Positions 9,347 to 19,705 of a DNA stretch of 44,632 bases are shown piece after piece. Location of the stretch: assembly GCA_903835325.1 (NCBI GenBank), contig CAILMU010000005.1, positions 1-44,632 on the forward strand. Reading direction: 5' to 3'. The translations under genes were made by a program, and so were the position numbers. Numbering within the stretch: the stretch's first letter is position 1; the number at the start of each line of letters is the position of its first letter. The notes beneath the pieces are model-generated. The model saw nothing but the letters and a program-made list of their open reading frames with translations, made no database searches and was not told the origin of the DNA. Source of the DNA: an uncultured Candidatus Micrarchaeota archaeon. GTDB taxonomy: Archaea > Micrarchaeota > Micrarchaeia > Anstonellales > Bilamarchaeaceae.

Positions 9347-10954
9347 GTGATTATCGATATGGCCGGTGCAAAAGACAATGAAAAAGCGAGGACGGACAGG
9401 GAGACTGACCCGAATGGCGAGATGCAGGGGCCGGCGGTCGCCGTTCCAGCAGGAACAGGTGGAAAACCAACGCTCACGACCTACTCCTTCAAGAGCGAAG
9501 GCCTTCCGGTCGAAGTGAAGATACTCCGGGGCACTGATTATGTCCCGCATTACGATATCTCGATACCGGGGATCGCCGAAGGCACGAAACTCATCCTCGA
9601 GACGAAGCTGAAAGGCGAGCTCGTCACGGAAGTGAAGCTGGATATCAGCGAGATGCTGGACCCAAAAAGGTTCGAAGAGGTGAAGGCGAGATTCCTGCAA
9701 TCTGCAAAGAGGATAATCACCCGCAACTTCCCCTCCCTGGCAGACGACAAGAAGGAGATACTCGCAGTCTTCATGCTCCAGAACACGCTTGGCCTGGGCG
9801 AGATGGAGGCGCCGCTTGCCGACGAGCAGCTGGAAGAGATAGTGGTCAACAACGCCCATGACCCGGTCTGGGTATACCACAAGACATTCGGATGGTGCAA
9901 GACGAATATCCGGATAAAGAGCGAGGACATGATCTATGATTACGCATCCACGATAGCGAGGAAGGTAGGGCGGCAGATAAACGTCCTCAACCCAACGCTC
10001 GATGCGCACTTGTCCACGGGAGACCGTGTGAACGCGACGCTCTTCCCCATTTCGAGTTTCGGGAACACGATAACGATAAGGAAATTCTCCAAGAACCCCT
10101 GGACGATAACGAGGTTCATCAAATCGAAGACGGTCTCCCCGGAGGTCGCGGGCCTCATATGGCTCTGCATCCAGAACGAGCTCTCCCTGCTGGTCACCGG
10201 AGGCACCGGAAGCGGGAAGACGTCGTTCCTGAATGCCATGTCAGGCCTCATACCTGCCAACCAGCGCATCGTCACTATCGAAGACACGAGAGAGCTCACG
10301 CTCCCGTCCTTCCTCCATTGGGTCCCGATGACGGTGCGCGAGCCGAACCCGGAAGGCAAAGGCGAGGTGACGATGCTGGATTTGATGGTGAACGCGCTCA
10401 GGCAGAGGCCCGACCGCATCATCGTCGGGGAAATCAGGCGCCAGAGGGAAGCCGAGGTCATGTTCGAAGCCATGCACACCGGCCACAGCGTCTATGCGAC
10501 ATTGCATGCGGATAACTCGGACCAGACGATTTCCAGGCTCACCAACCCTCCGATAAACATACCGCGCGAGATGCTGGACGCGCTTGCCGGGCTCGTCGTC
10601 ACGTTTAGGCACAGGAGGCTCAATATCCGCAGGGTGCTCGAGTTCTCCGAAGTGACATCCAAAGGCGATGCGAACGTCATCTACAGGTGGGACCTGAAGA
10701 GCGACAAGATAAAGCTCGTCGGCGAAGCGAGGAGGCTTGTGGACATCCTATCGCTATATGCAGGGATGGACGAGAAGGACATCGAGGAGGATGTCGCCGA
10801 GAAGGCGGCCATCCTGAACTGGATGGTGAAGAACGATTACGACGATGTGGACCAGGTCGGGCGCATCGTTTCGCACTACAACATGGACCCGCAGGAGATA
10901 ATCGATGCGGCGGCAAAGAACAAGCAATGGGATTTCGGCAAGTCGAACTGGTAG
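9347..10954 (+). CDS. type IV pilus/secretion ATPase (TadA/CpaF/FlaI/VirB11 family)
   Basis: Walker A GGTGSGKTS, Asp box TIEDTREL, Walker B ALRQRPDRIIVGEIR, His box AMHTGHSVYATLHA. Confidence 0.96.
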   Translation: MIIDMAGAKDNEKARTDRETDPNGEMQGPAVAVPAGTGGKPTLTTYSFKSEGLPVEVKILRGTDYVPHYDISIPGIAEGTKLILETKLKGELVTEVKLDISEMLDPKRFEEVKARFLQSAKRIITRNFPSLADDKKEILAVFMLQNTLGLGEMEAPLADEQLEEIVVNNAHDPVWVYHKTFGWCKTNIRIKSEDMIYDYASTIARKVGRQINVLNPTLDAHLSTGDRVNATLFPISSFGNTITIRKFSKNPWTITRFIKSKTVSPEVAGLIWLCIQNELSLLVTGGTGSGKTSFLNAMSGLIPANQRIVTIEDTRELTLPSFLHWVPMTVREPNPEGKGEVTMLDLMVNALRQRPDRIIVGEIRRQREAEVMFEAMHTGHSVYATLHADNSDQTISRLTNPPINIPREMLDALAGLVVTFRHRRLNIRRVLEFSEVTSKGDANVIYRWDLKSDKIKLVGEARRLVDILSLYAGMDEKDIEEDVAEKAAILNWMVKNDYDDVDQVGRIVSHYNMDPQEIIDAAAKNKQWDFGKSNW

Positions 10955-11026
10955 CGTTAAAGGCCATGCAACCGTATATAATATTTGGTTGGGGTATGGT
11001 ATAGCAGTATCAAGGTGCACAAATAG

Positions 11027-12712
11027 ATGTCAAGCGGATTCGAGATGGCGGCCGATGAGGCCAAACGGCTGGAGAGGAAGGCGGTCGGCTACGCCCCGTA
11101 CAAGGGCAGGGGCGAGATAGCCTCGACGATAGACCTCGAGCCGAAGGATTATATCGACCTCACTTACCCCGATCTCCTGAACATGTACGAGCGGACCGAG
11201 AAGATCCTGAGCGCGATGGGGATGCTCACGGCCGCAGCTGGCGCAGCGGCGCCGGGGCAGGGCGCGATCATCGCTCCGAGCGCCAGAAGCGAGGAGGTCG
11301 AGAGCAAGCTCAAGGAGATAACGAGCGAGAGCCTCCAGAAGGCAGAGGAGATGGGGATGGAGCCCCTCTCAATGGCTCCGCCTCCGCAGAAAACCCCTGA
11401 GGAAGAGATCCGCGCGGCAGGCCCGGTGGAAATCGAGAAAGAGCCTGCCAAGATGGAGATAGAGTTCGAAGAGCATGCGGCCAAAGAGACAATCACGCTT
11501 GAGAAAGAAACCGAGAAGCCGTTGCTTCCGGCTCCAGAGAAAGAGATCACGCCCGAGAAGCAGTTTGAGATCCGCGAAGAGGGCAAGGAGACCGGACTCG
11601 AGGAGAAGCAGGTTGCGGAAGAGAAGAGGATGGAGGAGATAGGGAGAACTGAACGCATCAAGCCGGAAGCGCCCGCCCCCGAAACGCAAGAGACCATGGA
11701 GCAACCGAATCAACCTCTTGAGAAACGGATGATAATGGCGGCTGTCCCCCCGGCGCTCCGCGAGAGCCCTGATGAGGCCGCCACCAAAAGATATGACAAG
11801 ATAGAGGAGCAGATAATGGCGACCCTCGGCGGCGCCACGGATGAGGTCACCCTGAAGAAGAGGATGCTCGAGCTGACCAAGGAGCTCTTCAAGGAGAAGA
11901 GCATGAACCGCAGGGAGCAGATAAAACTGGAGATAACCGTCCTCAAGAACATGCTCACCCACGCGCAGGAAGGGGGGATGGGCAAACGGAAAGCCAGGAA
12001 GGATTCCGCTGCGGATGCGCATGGCCATGTCCTGGATACCATCATAAGCTCGCAGCAGGCCGAGATATCCCAGACCAAAGACACGATCATAGATTCCTAC
12101 AAGAAGCAGATAGCGCAGACGAAGAGCAAGTTCTACAGCGAACTTTCAACGCTCGACGACCCGCTCGAACGGAAGGGCGCCCTGGACAGGTTCATCTTCT
12201 CGCTGACTTCGCTCCTCGAGCAGCTTCCTGATGTGATAAAACGGTACGAGGATTTCGCAGCGAAGAAGCACGGGGCCGAGCTCGGGAAGCTCACGGATTC
12301 CCTTGACGAGGGCGAGAAGGATATGAAAGCGCGTGCGCGAGAGCGCATGGAAAGCATCCAGGGGGGATATGTCTCTGAGTTCGGCGTGGTGAAAGCGATC
12401 ATCGGGCGCGAGATAGACAACCTCATGGATGCGGCCGCCATGGATGTCCTTTCAGGGGCGCAGGCCTCTGGAGCGAAGGCGCCGGCCGGAAAGGACGCGG
12501 AGATACGCGAGACGGTCGATGAGATAAACAGGATGGGTGAGAGCGCCCTGCTCAGCTATTTGAACTCCAAAGACGCCGGATATTATAAGGAATACGAAGG
12601 GAAACAGGTATCCAAGGCCGAGGCTGTGATGAAAGCCAAGGCTTTGATCGGCATGGAGAAAGGGCTCGAAAAAGACACAATCGACAAATATTTCGGATTG
12701 GGGGCGATGTGA
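11027..12712 (+). CDS. hypothetical protein with acidic linker and helical/coiled-coil C-terminus (pilus locus accessory)
   Basis: Long ORF co-oriented between the ATPase and TadB/C genes. E/P-rich segment followed by helical regions; no TM segment. Confidence 0.85.
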   Translation: MSSGFEMAADEAKRLERKAVGYAPYKGRGEIASTIDLEPKDYIDLTYPDLLNMYERTEKILSAMGMLTAAAGAAAPGQGAIIAPSARSEEVESKLKEITSESLQKAEEMGMEPLSMAPPPQKTPEEEIRAAGPVEIEKEPAKMEIEFEEHAAKETITLEKETEKPLLPAPEKEITPEKQFEIREEGKETGLEEKQVAEEKRMEEIGRTERIKPEAPAPETQETMEQPNQPLEKRMIMAAVPPALRESPDEAATKRYDKIEEQIMATLGGATDEVTLKKRMLELTKELFKEKSMNRREQIKLEITVLKNMLTHAQEGGMGKRKARKDSAADAHGHVLDTIISSQQAEISQTKDTIIDSYKKQIAQTKSKFYSELSTLDDPLERKGALDRFIFSLTSLLEQLPDVIKRYEDFAAKKHGAELGKLTDSLDEGEKDMKARARERMESIQGGYVSEFGVVKAIIGREIDNLMDAAAMDVLSGAQASGAKAPAGKDAEIRETVDEINRMGESALLSYLNSKDAGYYKEYEGKQVSKAEAVMKAKALIGMEKGLEKDTIDKYFGLGAM

Positions 12713-13644
12713 GAGTGGGGGGCATGAGGGCAGGCGCAGTGGCTATAAGCGCGTTATCCAGCTCAGCGGCTGCGCCTCCGAAAAAGAAGAGCCCGCTCTT
12801 CTTCATCGCCGAGCTCCTGGCGCCGAGGTTCCCCGACCTCCGGCAGAAGCTGCGCCTCGCCGACATGAAGTCCGAACCGATCGAATATCTCGACCGGACG
12901 GTGTTCTCTTCTGTGTTCATCTCCGTCGCGCTCATAATCGTATCATATCTATTGTTGAAGGACCAGATACCGGCCTATCTCGCGGGCAACCTATCCCTCT
13001 TCCTGATAACTGTCCTGGGCCCGATAATCATCATTCCGCCGATTGTCTTCGGATACCTCATGCTTTACCCTGATGCCGCGATCATGAGAAGGCAGAAGGA
13101 GATAGATTATGAGATAGTATTCGCATGCAGGCATATCGCGATAGCCCTGAAATCTGGGATGCCCCTCTTCGACTCTTTCGTCGGGGCCAGTTCCGGATAC
13201 GGCGTGGTGAGCAAGGAGTTCGCAAAGATAGCGGACAAGGTGGTCCTCGGGGTCCCTGCCGCGCAGGCGATACGGGAGACCACGCAGGACAACCCTTCCA
13301 GATATTTCACCAGGGTCATGATGCAGATAGCCAACTCGCTCTCGAGCGGGGCGGATGTCGGCGGGTCCCTGGACAGCGTGCTGGACCAGATATCCAAGGA
13401 GCAGATGATATCGCTCCGGGAATACAGCCAGAAGCTGACGCCGGTGGTCATGTTCTACATGGTCTTCGGCATAATCGTGCCATCCCTCGGCGTGGTGCTG
13501 GCGACCGTGATATTCTCGGCCCTCAGCGGAGGGAGTTTCGGGTTCTCACGCGTGGTGCTCGTGCTGGTGTTCCTGCTGATAGCGGTCATCCAGTTCCTTT
13601 TCCTCGGCTACATAGACAGCTCGAGGCCGAAATACCTGATATGA
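12709..13644 (+). CDS. type II secretion system F family / TadB-like platform membrane protein
   Basis: TM helices, ALKSGMPLFDSF, YGVVSKEF..I...V.LG.P..QAI, SGADVGGSL. Confidence 0.92.
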   Translation: MRVGGMRAGAVAISALSSSAAAPPKKKSPLFFIAELLAPRFPDLRQKLRLADMKSEPIEYLDRTVFSSVFISVALIIVSYLLLKDQIPAYLAGNLSLFLITVLGPIIIIPPIVFGYLMLYPDAAIMRRQKEIDYEIVFACRHIAIALKSGMPLFDSFVGASSGYGVVSKEFAKIADKVVLGVPAAQAIRETTQDNPSRYFTRVMMQIANSLSSGADVGGSLDSVLDQISKEQMISLREYSQKLTPVVMFYMVFGIIVPSLGVVLATVIFSALSGGSFGFSRVVLVLVFLLIAVIQFLFLGYIDSSRPKYLI

Positions 13645-13648
13645 TGGA

Positions 13649-14755
13649 TTGATGGAAATGAGCAGCGACAACGTTTTCGAGAAGGCCGGCAGGGTGTTCT
13701 TCAGCCGGGAGCGCATACGCGAGCTCGAGCGAGACCTGAACGCAGCGGGCATCAACATGCCTGCGGATTCGTTCGCAGGTTTCGCTGCCCTCGAGATAGT
13801 CATAATATCGGTCGTCCTGACGCTCCTGTTCCTCGTCTACCAGCCGGTCTATGGTTTCATCTCCGGTTCCATCCTCCAATTCATCCCGCTCGACAATCCG
13901 GCGATACTCGGGATCATACTCGCTTTGCTCGCGTTCATCCTGTCCATGATGATCGTGTATCTATCCACCATGACCTTGATCGCCACGTTCCTGACCATGA
14001 AGACCGAGGATCGGCGCAACAAGCTCGAGACGATGCTCCCGGATTTCCTGGGCCTCGTATCCTCCAACATCAAGGCCGGGATGACGCTGGACCAGGCGAT
14101 GTGGTACTCGGCCAAACCTGAGTTCGGGCTTCTGGCCGATGAGACCAAGTCCGCGATCAAGGGAAGCTTCAGCGGAGAATCGCTTGGCGTGTCGCTGGAC
14201 CGGCTGGCTATGAGGTTCGACTCCCGTACCTTCAGGCGGACCGTGCTCCTGCTGAAACAGGCATCAGCGACAGGCGGCCAGCTGACCGATGTATTGGAGC
14301 GCACATCGGAGGATGTCCGGAACACGAACACGGTGAAGAAGGAGATAGCCGCCTCGCTTGTGATGTACGAGATATTCGTGCTTTTCGCTTCCGTCGTCGG
14401 GACGCCTTTCCTTTTCGCCGTCGCTTATAAACTCGTCGAGATATTCGAGAAGATCGCCCCCCAGGCAGGCGCCGGATTGAGCGGAGGGGCGGGCGTAGGA
14501 GCTATCGGCGGGGTTTTCTCGTCCATCGCCTCCATAAAGGTGAGCGGCGGGATAATCAGCTCGGGCGATTTCCTTCTGTTCACGATACCGACGATATTCA
14601 TCACGGCCCTGATATCGTCTTTCATAGTGAGCGTGATTCGGACAGGGACAAGGAACCAGGGGATGAAGTATTTCCCGTTCGTCCTGGTGTGCTCCTATCT
14701 CGTCTACTGGTTGGCCGTAACGGTTATAACAGCATTGTTCTCATCATTTGCATAA
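13649..14755 (+). CDS. type II secretion system F family / TadC-like platform membrane protein
   Basis: LPDFLGLVSSNIKAGMTLDQAM..SAKPEFGLL, ATGGQLTDVLE, multiple TM segments. Confidence 0.93.
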   Translation: MMEMSSDNVFEKAGRVFFSRERIRELERDLNAAGINMPADSFAGFAALEIVIISVVLTLLFLVYQPVYGFISGSILQFIPLDNPAILGIILALLAFILSMMIVYLSTMTLIATFLTMKTEDRRNKLETMLPDFLGLVSSNIKAGMTLDQAMWYSAKPEFGLLADETKSAIKGSFSGESLGVSLDRLAMRFDSRTFRRTVLLLKQASATGGQLTDVLERTSEDVRNTNTVKKEIAASLVMYEIFVLFASVVGTPFLFAVAYKLVEIFEKIAPQAGAGLSGGAGVGAIGGVFSSIASIKVSGGIISSGDFLLFTIPTIFITALISSFIVSVIRTGTRNQGMKYFPFVLVCSYLVYWLAVTVITALFSSFA

Positions 14756-14779
14756 TGATATTGATCAAGAGGTTTTGAT

Positions 14780-15412
14780 ATGGTTAGGAAGGAGAAAAAG
14801 GCTTCACGATCCGGAAACGGCGCGCGCATGCCAAAGGCAGGGGGATACAGGAAGGGCCAGGCCATGATGGAATACCTGATGACCTACGGCCTCGCATTGT
14901 TCATCATTGTCGTAGTCATCGGCATTCTGGTGGCTGTGGTGCTTCCGATGCTGAACCCGCCGGACTCGTGCAACTTCACGCAGCCGGGCTTCAGCTGCAA
15001 GAAGGTCGTGGTGGCTGATAATCAGTCCTCGACGGCCGGAGATACAAAGATCGTCTTCCAGCTCAACAACGAAGCAGGGCGTGGTGTCAGCATATTCAAG
15101 GTCCTGTGCACCGAAGCGCCTATCGGGAATGTCCAGATGGGCATGATGAGCGTGCCGCCGTACACCTGGAGCATCTCTGACCCGGGCCTGGCGATTGCTG
15201 CCGGGGGATCGAAGAGCTTCGGCAGCCTGACAGCGAGCGATGTGAAGGCGAAAATCATCTGCCTCAAGCAGGACAACACTCCCGTCACCCTGGCTGTGAA
15301 CTCCAATTTCAAGGGGACCTTGGCGATCGAGTACAAATACGACGATGATGTGACTGGCGCACCGCACAGGATCGCGACAGCCACCATCACGGGAACCGTG
15401 CTCGGCGAGTGA
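14780..15412 (+). CDS. type IV pilin-like protein with class III signal peptide
   Basis: RKG|QAMMEYLMTYGLALFIIVVVIGIL: basic leader, Gly at -1, Glu at +5, hydrophobic helix. Beta-rich head with four Cys. Confidence 0.9.
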   Translation: MVRKEKKASRSGNGARMPKAGGYRKGQAMMEYLMTYGLALFIIVVVIGILVAVVLPMLNPPDSCNFTQPGFSCKKVVVADNQSSTAGDTKIVFQLNNEAGRGVSIFKVLCTEAPIGNVQMGMMSVPPYTWSISDPGLAIAAGGSKSFGSLTASDVKAKIICLKQDNTPVTLAVNSNFKGTLAIEYKYDDDVTGAPHRIATATITGTVLGE

Positions 15413-15423
15413 TGAACCGGACG

Positions 15424-15480
15424 CTTTTTGGTTTTTTATTATTTTTCTATTTTTTCTATTATTTATTTTTTTCATTTTAA
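15424..15480 (+). terminator. long oligo-T tract terminator after the pilin
   Basis: Several consecutive T5-T7 runs immediately downstream of the pilin stop, typical of archaeal intrinsic termination. Confidence 0.6.
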
Positions 15481-15606
15481 TTCGATATTTCTTGTTTTCC
15501 CAGCACTCCGAAAGCAGGGCTAGAGGCAGTATAGGGTCTTAAAGTATTCAGAAAAAATATAGAAAAAGCGCCATATCGAGCGCTTTCGCCCGCGTCGCAT
15601 GGCGCC

Positions 15607-16398
15607 TCACTTGCCGCATTGCTTCCCTTTGGGCTCCGGGGATGGGGGCTCGCTCGACCCGCACCTGAGATGGGATATCGTCCATGGCGAGACCGAAACA
15701 GACACTCTGCAGGCGCTTGGAAGATTGTGGGGGTTGAACGAGGGTTTCTTGTCATCCCAACCATGAACATTGCCTGGAATCGGGAACGTCTCTTCGTTGC
15801 CATCCCTCCGTTCCGCAGCCTGTTCCCCACTCTTGCAATAGACCCTCATGGGGGTCAGATGTCCGATGACCGTGCCGACCACATCGCCGCTTGGTGATAC
15901 CATGAATTCAGCGCTCGCACCGAAAGTGAAATGTCCGGTGGGAGTCGCCTGCAGGGGAAGTCCCATCTGATCTATGGCGCTATTTACATAGAAAGCTGCC
16001 ACTGAACCTTTGAGTACATATGACGGGCACTGCGGGATTGGAACCGGGGCTTTGGCAGACGCTTCTGGAGAAGTTGCTGCGGGCTTGAACGCCGCATACG
16101 CGTATCCGCCGCTCTTCTTGCTTTCGGTGGTTGTCTCAAGCGGGACATCCGATTTGATTTCCATGCCCTCGTTCTTCGGGCATAACGCATCCTGGCCCGA
16201 TTTGATGGAATTGACTTCTCGTTCGAGGCGGTCGAGTTTTTGATTCGCGCTCGCAAGGACGGCTGATTGGGTGCGCAACGTCTCGTTCAGGGTTTTATTC
16301 GATCTGCAGGATCCATAGGTGCTTGCAGCAGAACCTGCCAGAGAAATCGCTAAAACAGAACCGACTAATCGACTTGTCTTTCTAGTGTTTTCAACCAT
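15607..16398 (-). CDS. hypothetical membrane-anchored/secreted protein
   Basis: N-terminal hydrophobic segment (LVGSVLAISLAGSAAS), short coiled coil, A/P/T linker, Cys-containing C-terminal domain. AGAGGGG SD-like motif upstream. Confidence 0.7.
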   Translation of the reverse strand: MVENTRKTSRLVGSVLAISLAGSAASTYGSCRSNKTLNETLRTQSAVLASANQKLDRLEREVNSIKSGQDALCPKNEGMEIKSDVPLETTTESKKSGGYAYAAFKPAATSPEASAKAPVPIPQCPSYVLKGSVAAFYVNSAIDQMGLPLQATPTGHFTFGASAEFMVSPSGDVVGTVIGHLTPMRVYCKSGEQAAERRDGNEETFPIPGNVHGWDDKKPSFNPHNLPSACRVSVSVSPWTISHLRCGSSEPPSPEPKGKQCGK

Positions 16399-16550
16399 AC
16401 CATCCCCTCTCTAGCAATCTATTATTGAAATATGATTAAAAATGTATCTTTCTGGGTAAGAAGTGTTTTTGAAGGCGGGAGGATGGATACGAAAAAGACT
16501 ATTAGAAAAAATCGCATACGGCGGAAAAGAGTGGAACACCAGAAGAAAAC

Positions 16551-17744
16551 CTAACTGCCGTATTTCTCAGCCTTCGCTATCAAATTCAGGATCAGCGGCA
16601 CGATATCCTGGCCGTTCAGGTGGCCGAGGCCCCCATGCATGCACGCGAGCTCGTCGAAACGGCCGACCTCGTCCCTGCGCTCCTGATCGCAAGAGACCAA
16701 TAACGGGACCTCATGGCCCGAGTGGGCCTTCCTGGCGCATGGCGTGGAATGATCGCCGGTGACTATCAGGCAGGCTCCGCTTTTCACAAGAATCGGGATC
16801 ATCTCCTTGTCTATCCGCTCGAGGAACGCCTTCTTGCCAATGAAATCCCCGTCATGCCCGGCATTGTCGCACGCTTTCACATGCAGGAAGACCATGTCAT
16901 AATCGCCTTTTATCGCCTTCACGGCAGCATCCGCCTTGCCCTTTAGATTGGTGGTCTTGGTCCCTGTGGCCCCAGGCACGATGAAAACGTCCATGCCCAG
17001 ATAACGGGCGACCCCGCGGTATAGAGCGCCGCCTGCTACGCAAGCCGCTTTCAGGCCGAAACGGTCATAGAACGAAGGGACTCGTTTGAATGTCCCTGCT
17101 CCGCGAAGGAGAAGAGTGTTCGCCGGCAATGACCTGCCCTGGTTCTCAGGGGCGGCGGCGAGTATCCCTTGGATCACCTGGGTGTATTTGTTCACTATAT
17201 CCGCCGTCTTATCGCCTTCGCTTGTTATCGCCGAACAAGGCTCGAGCGCGCCTGAAGATGCGTGGATGTCTGTGCCGGTGACAAAATGGCTGAGGCCAGG
17301 CCCGCGCAACACAAGGACGCCCCGGTGCTCGACCGAGTTGCGGAAAATGGCTTCGACATGGTCGATGCGCAATGATAACCTGGATGCGAGCTTCGTTGCT
17401 GTCTCCGTATCAATACGCCCTGCCCTGCGGTCCACTATCTTCCCGTTCTTCATGGTCGCGAAATTCGCCCGGAAAGCGACATCGCCTTCCTGGAGGTCGA
17501 TCCCCAAACCGAGCGCCTCGAGGGGCCCGCGGCCTGGATAGAAGATCTCAGGGTCGTAGCCGAGGATATTGAGATGAGATGTATCGCTCCCAGGGACCAC
17601 GAAACGCTTCACCGATGACAGCATGCCTGTGATGCCGTTCTTCGCTGCCTTGTGCAGGTTCGGGATTTTCGCCGCCTGCAGGGGCGTCTTCGGGGTCGGA
17701 AGGTCTCCTAACCCGTCTATGATGAGAAGGATGGCTTTTTTCAT
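16551..17744 (-). CDS. apgM: 2,3-bisphosphoglycerate-independent phosphoglycerate mutase, archaeal type
   Basis: IIDGLGD, TPLQAA, PGSDTSHL, YPGRGPLEALG, DRRAGRI, HVKACDNAGHDG, TGDHSTP, HS. Confidence 0.96.
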   Translation of the reverse strand: MKKAILLIIDGLGDLPTPKTPLQAAKIPNLHKAAKNGITGMLSSVKRFVVPGSDTSHLNILGYDPEIFYPGRGPLEALGLGIDLQEGDVAFRANFATMKNGKIVDRRAGRIDTETATKLASRLSLRIDHVEAIFRNSVEHRGVLVLRGPGLSHFVTGTDIHASSGALEPCSAITSEGDKTADIVNKYTQVIQGILAAAPENQGRSLPANTLLLRGAGTFKRVPSFYDRFGLKAACVAGGALYRGVARYLGMDVFIVPGATGTKTTNLKGKADAAVKAIKGDYDMVFLHVKACDNAGHDGDFIGKKAFLERIDKEMIPILVKSGACLIVTGDHSTPCARKAHSGHEVPLLVSCDQERRDEVGRFDELACMHGGLGHLNGQDIVPLILNLIAKAEKYGS

Positions 17745-17803
17745 GATGTAGACTCGCGAACAAACAATAAAAATCTGCGCTCGGACGGGTCATTTTTGGT
17801 TTT

Positions 17804-18583
17804 TTAGACGGATGCGCGGGAACCCGGGCCCTTCTGGGATTTGTTGATGGCTTCCATGTTCATCCGCGTGTATTTGAGCAGCATATGCAGGTCGTGCGCG
17901 CCTATCTTCTGCACTATCTGGCCCCAGTGGACCGTCACGATATCACGGGGCCGCAATCGCTCTTGGACAAGGCGCACATCAGCCGGCTCCAGGTGGAGGC
18001 GCTCGCTTTTCTGCCTCAGGATCAGTGCCGGCTGGTTGGGATGCGCCCGAGTTATCGAGTATCGGTTCACCAGAGGGCGGTTTAGCGAAGAGACGACCAC
18101 CCTCCCGAATGTCACGCAGCAGGAGTCGTAGTTCTCGATTCTGCGCTCGACCTTGTCTGTCACGAAATTCACATAGAGGGAGTTGAAACTGTGGTGAGGG
18201 ACCATCCCCTCCGGGAGATTCTCTCTCAACGCGTCTATTCGTTTCCTGTTTTTTCCAGCGAGGAGGTCTTTTGAAAGGAACCTGCGGAGCGCATCTGAAG
18301 AGATATTATCCAGCAGATGGTTCCCTATCCAGAAAGCCCTGACGACATCAAGGTCGAACGGCTCGCGGTCGTTCTCGCGCGAGATGAGTTTGAGATAAGC
18401 GTAATGGGTATGGAAATCCTTCAAGGCGCGCTCGAGCTCGCGGACAGTGGAAGCGTCGCGCTCGCCGTGAATATATCGTTTAAGCGTTGCCGAAAAAGAT
18501 TTCTTTCCGCAATAGCCATGCCTGTTCGGAGGATAGGCATAGAGGGCCGCGAGGACAGCCCCGGGTATCTTCTCCCCGGGCAT
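17804..18583 (-). CDS. DUF6390-family protein
   Basis: YAYPPNRHGYCG, YLKLI, PFDLDVVRAFWIGN, PHHSF, DSCCV.FG.V, VTVHWG match the DUF6390 pattern as recalled. Confidence 0.8.
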   Translation of the reverse strand: MPGEKIPGAVLAALYAYPPNRHGYCGKKSFSATLKRYIHGERDASTVRELERALKDFHTHYAYLKLISRENDREPFDLDVVRAFWIGNHLLDNISSDALRRFLSKDLLAGKNRKRIDALRENLPEGMVPHHSFNSLYVNFVTDKVERRIENYDSCCVTFGRVVVSSLNRPLVNRYSITRAHPNQPALILRQKSERLHLEPADVRLVQERLRPRDIVTVHWGQIVQKIGAHDLHMLLKYTRMNMEAINKSQKGPGSRASV

Positions 18584-19567
18584 TCAATCTACTCCGAAAA
18601 TCAGCTTCCTTGATTCGGTGCGGGCATGGTCGAGCGCTTCCAGGATGCCGGATATGCGCGTCGCCATCACTGCCCCGAAAAGGATGAGCGCGAGGCCGAG
18701 ACCCGCTGTCAGCGAAATACCCTTCCCCATGAATGCGAGCTCGAGGAGAGCTGTCACGACGCCTCCGATTGTGAAGATGCTTGCCGCTTTCAGGACGGGC
18801 AGGTATCTAAGCGTCGTATACCAAGCGAGCACGAAGACTGAGAGCAGCGATGATGTCACGAACAGCCAGGCGAGCATCGATGGTTCAGCTGCGAGTTGCG
18901 CTATCGCGCCCAGATCCCCAGCGAATGCCATGAATGCGATAAGTATCGACGAACCAATCAAAAGGCGCGAAATCATCACGATTCTCGGATCGATCGAGAC
19001 GGCGGTCATGGCTTTTCTCGAAATCGTATATTCGAGAGCCCATAGCATCGTCGCACCCAGGACCAGGGCCTGGGGCAAACCGAAACCAAGATTGCCCGAG
19101 ATAAGCAATGCGTTCCCGGCAAGGATGATGAACCCTGCGATGATATCTTTCGGTTCAGGCCTCTCTGCCAGGACCAGATAGCCGAACACGCCTGCGAACA
19201 CGAAGAGCGAGCGGTATATGAACGAGCTGACGGCAGCGCCTCCGAGTTTCAAACCCCAGAAGAACATGGCGAATGGTACTCCTCCGCCTATAATCCCGAT
19301 CGCAACGAGGTAGAGTAATTGTTTTTTGGAAAGCGAGCGGATCGTCTTGATTTCCTTGAAAGCGAAAACGCAGGCGAGAACCACGAGAAATAGAACCGCG
19401 ACCAAATTCTTCGCGAGTGTATACGCCGTCGCATCCGCGAGCTTCAGGGCGCTGTCGTTCGCGAAAACCGAGATCCCGCTGACAAGCGCGGTTATCAGCG
19501 CAAGAATGACCCCTTTGCTCAAATCGCTTCCCCTATCCTCTGGAATGGATTTCCCGTTGGTTGGCAC
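18584..19567 (-). CDS. EamA/DMT family transporter
   Basis: About 10 TM helices in two repeats; GIIGGGVPFAMFFWGLK, LVLAER, ATMLWALEYTISRK. Confidence 0.9.
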   Translation of the reverse strand: MPTNGKSIPEDRGSDLSKGVILALITALVSGISVFANDSALKLADATAYTLAKNLVAVLFLVVLACVFAFKEIKTIRSLSKKQLLYLVAIGIIGGGVPFAMFFWGLKLGGAAVSSFIYRSLFVFAGVFGYLVLAERPEPKDIIAGFIILAGNALLISGNLGFGLPQALVLGATMLWALEYTISRKAMTAVSIDPRIVMISRLLIGSSILIAFMAFAGDLGAIAQLAAEPSMLAWLFVTSSLLSVFVLAWYTTLRYLPVLKAASIFTIGGVVTALLELAFMGKGISLTAGLGLALILFGAVMATRISGILEALDHARTESRKLIFGVD

Positions 19568-19705
19568 ATCCGGGCTTTCTCGAAAAAAGGTTATAAATCA
19601 GTAAGGGCAGCAGCCAAGGCAGGACAAAATGAAAAAAGATATAAACAGGGGAGTGGCTAATCAATATGTATATTACTTGCCTAGTGGCAGGATTGGTCAG
19701 ATGAT

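Noticed and set aside
5823..10009. Long alternative ORFs (5823-7007 +, 6394-7299 +, 8050-8760 -, 8468-10009 -)
   Set aside because: Antisense shadows of real genes, caused by biased codon usage.
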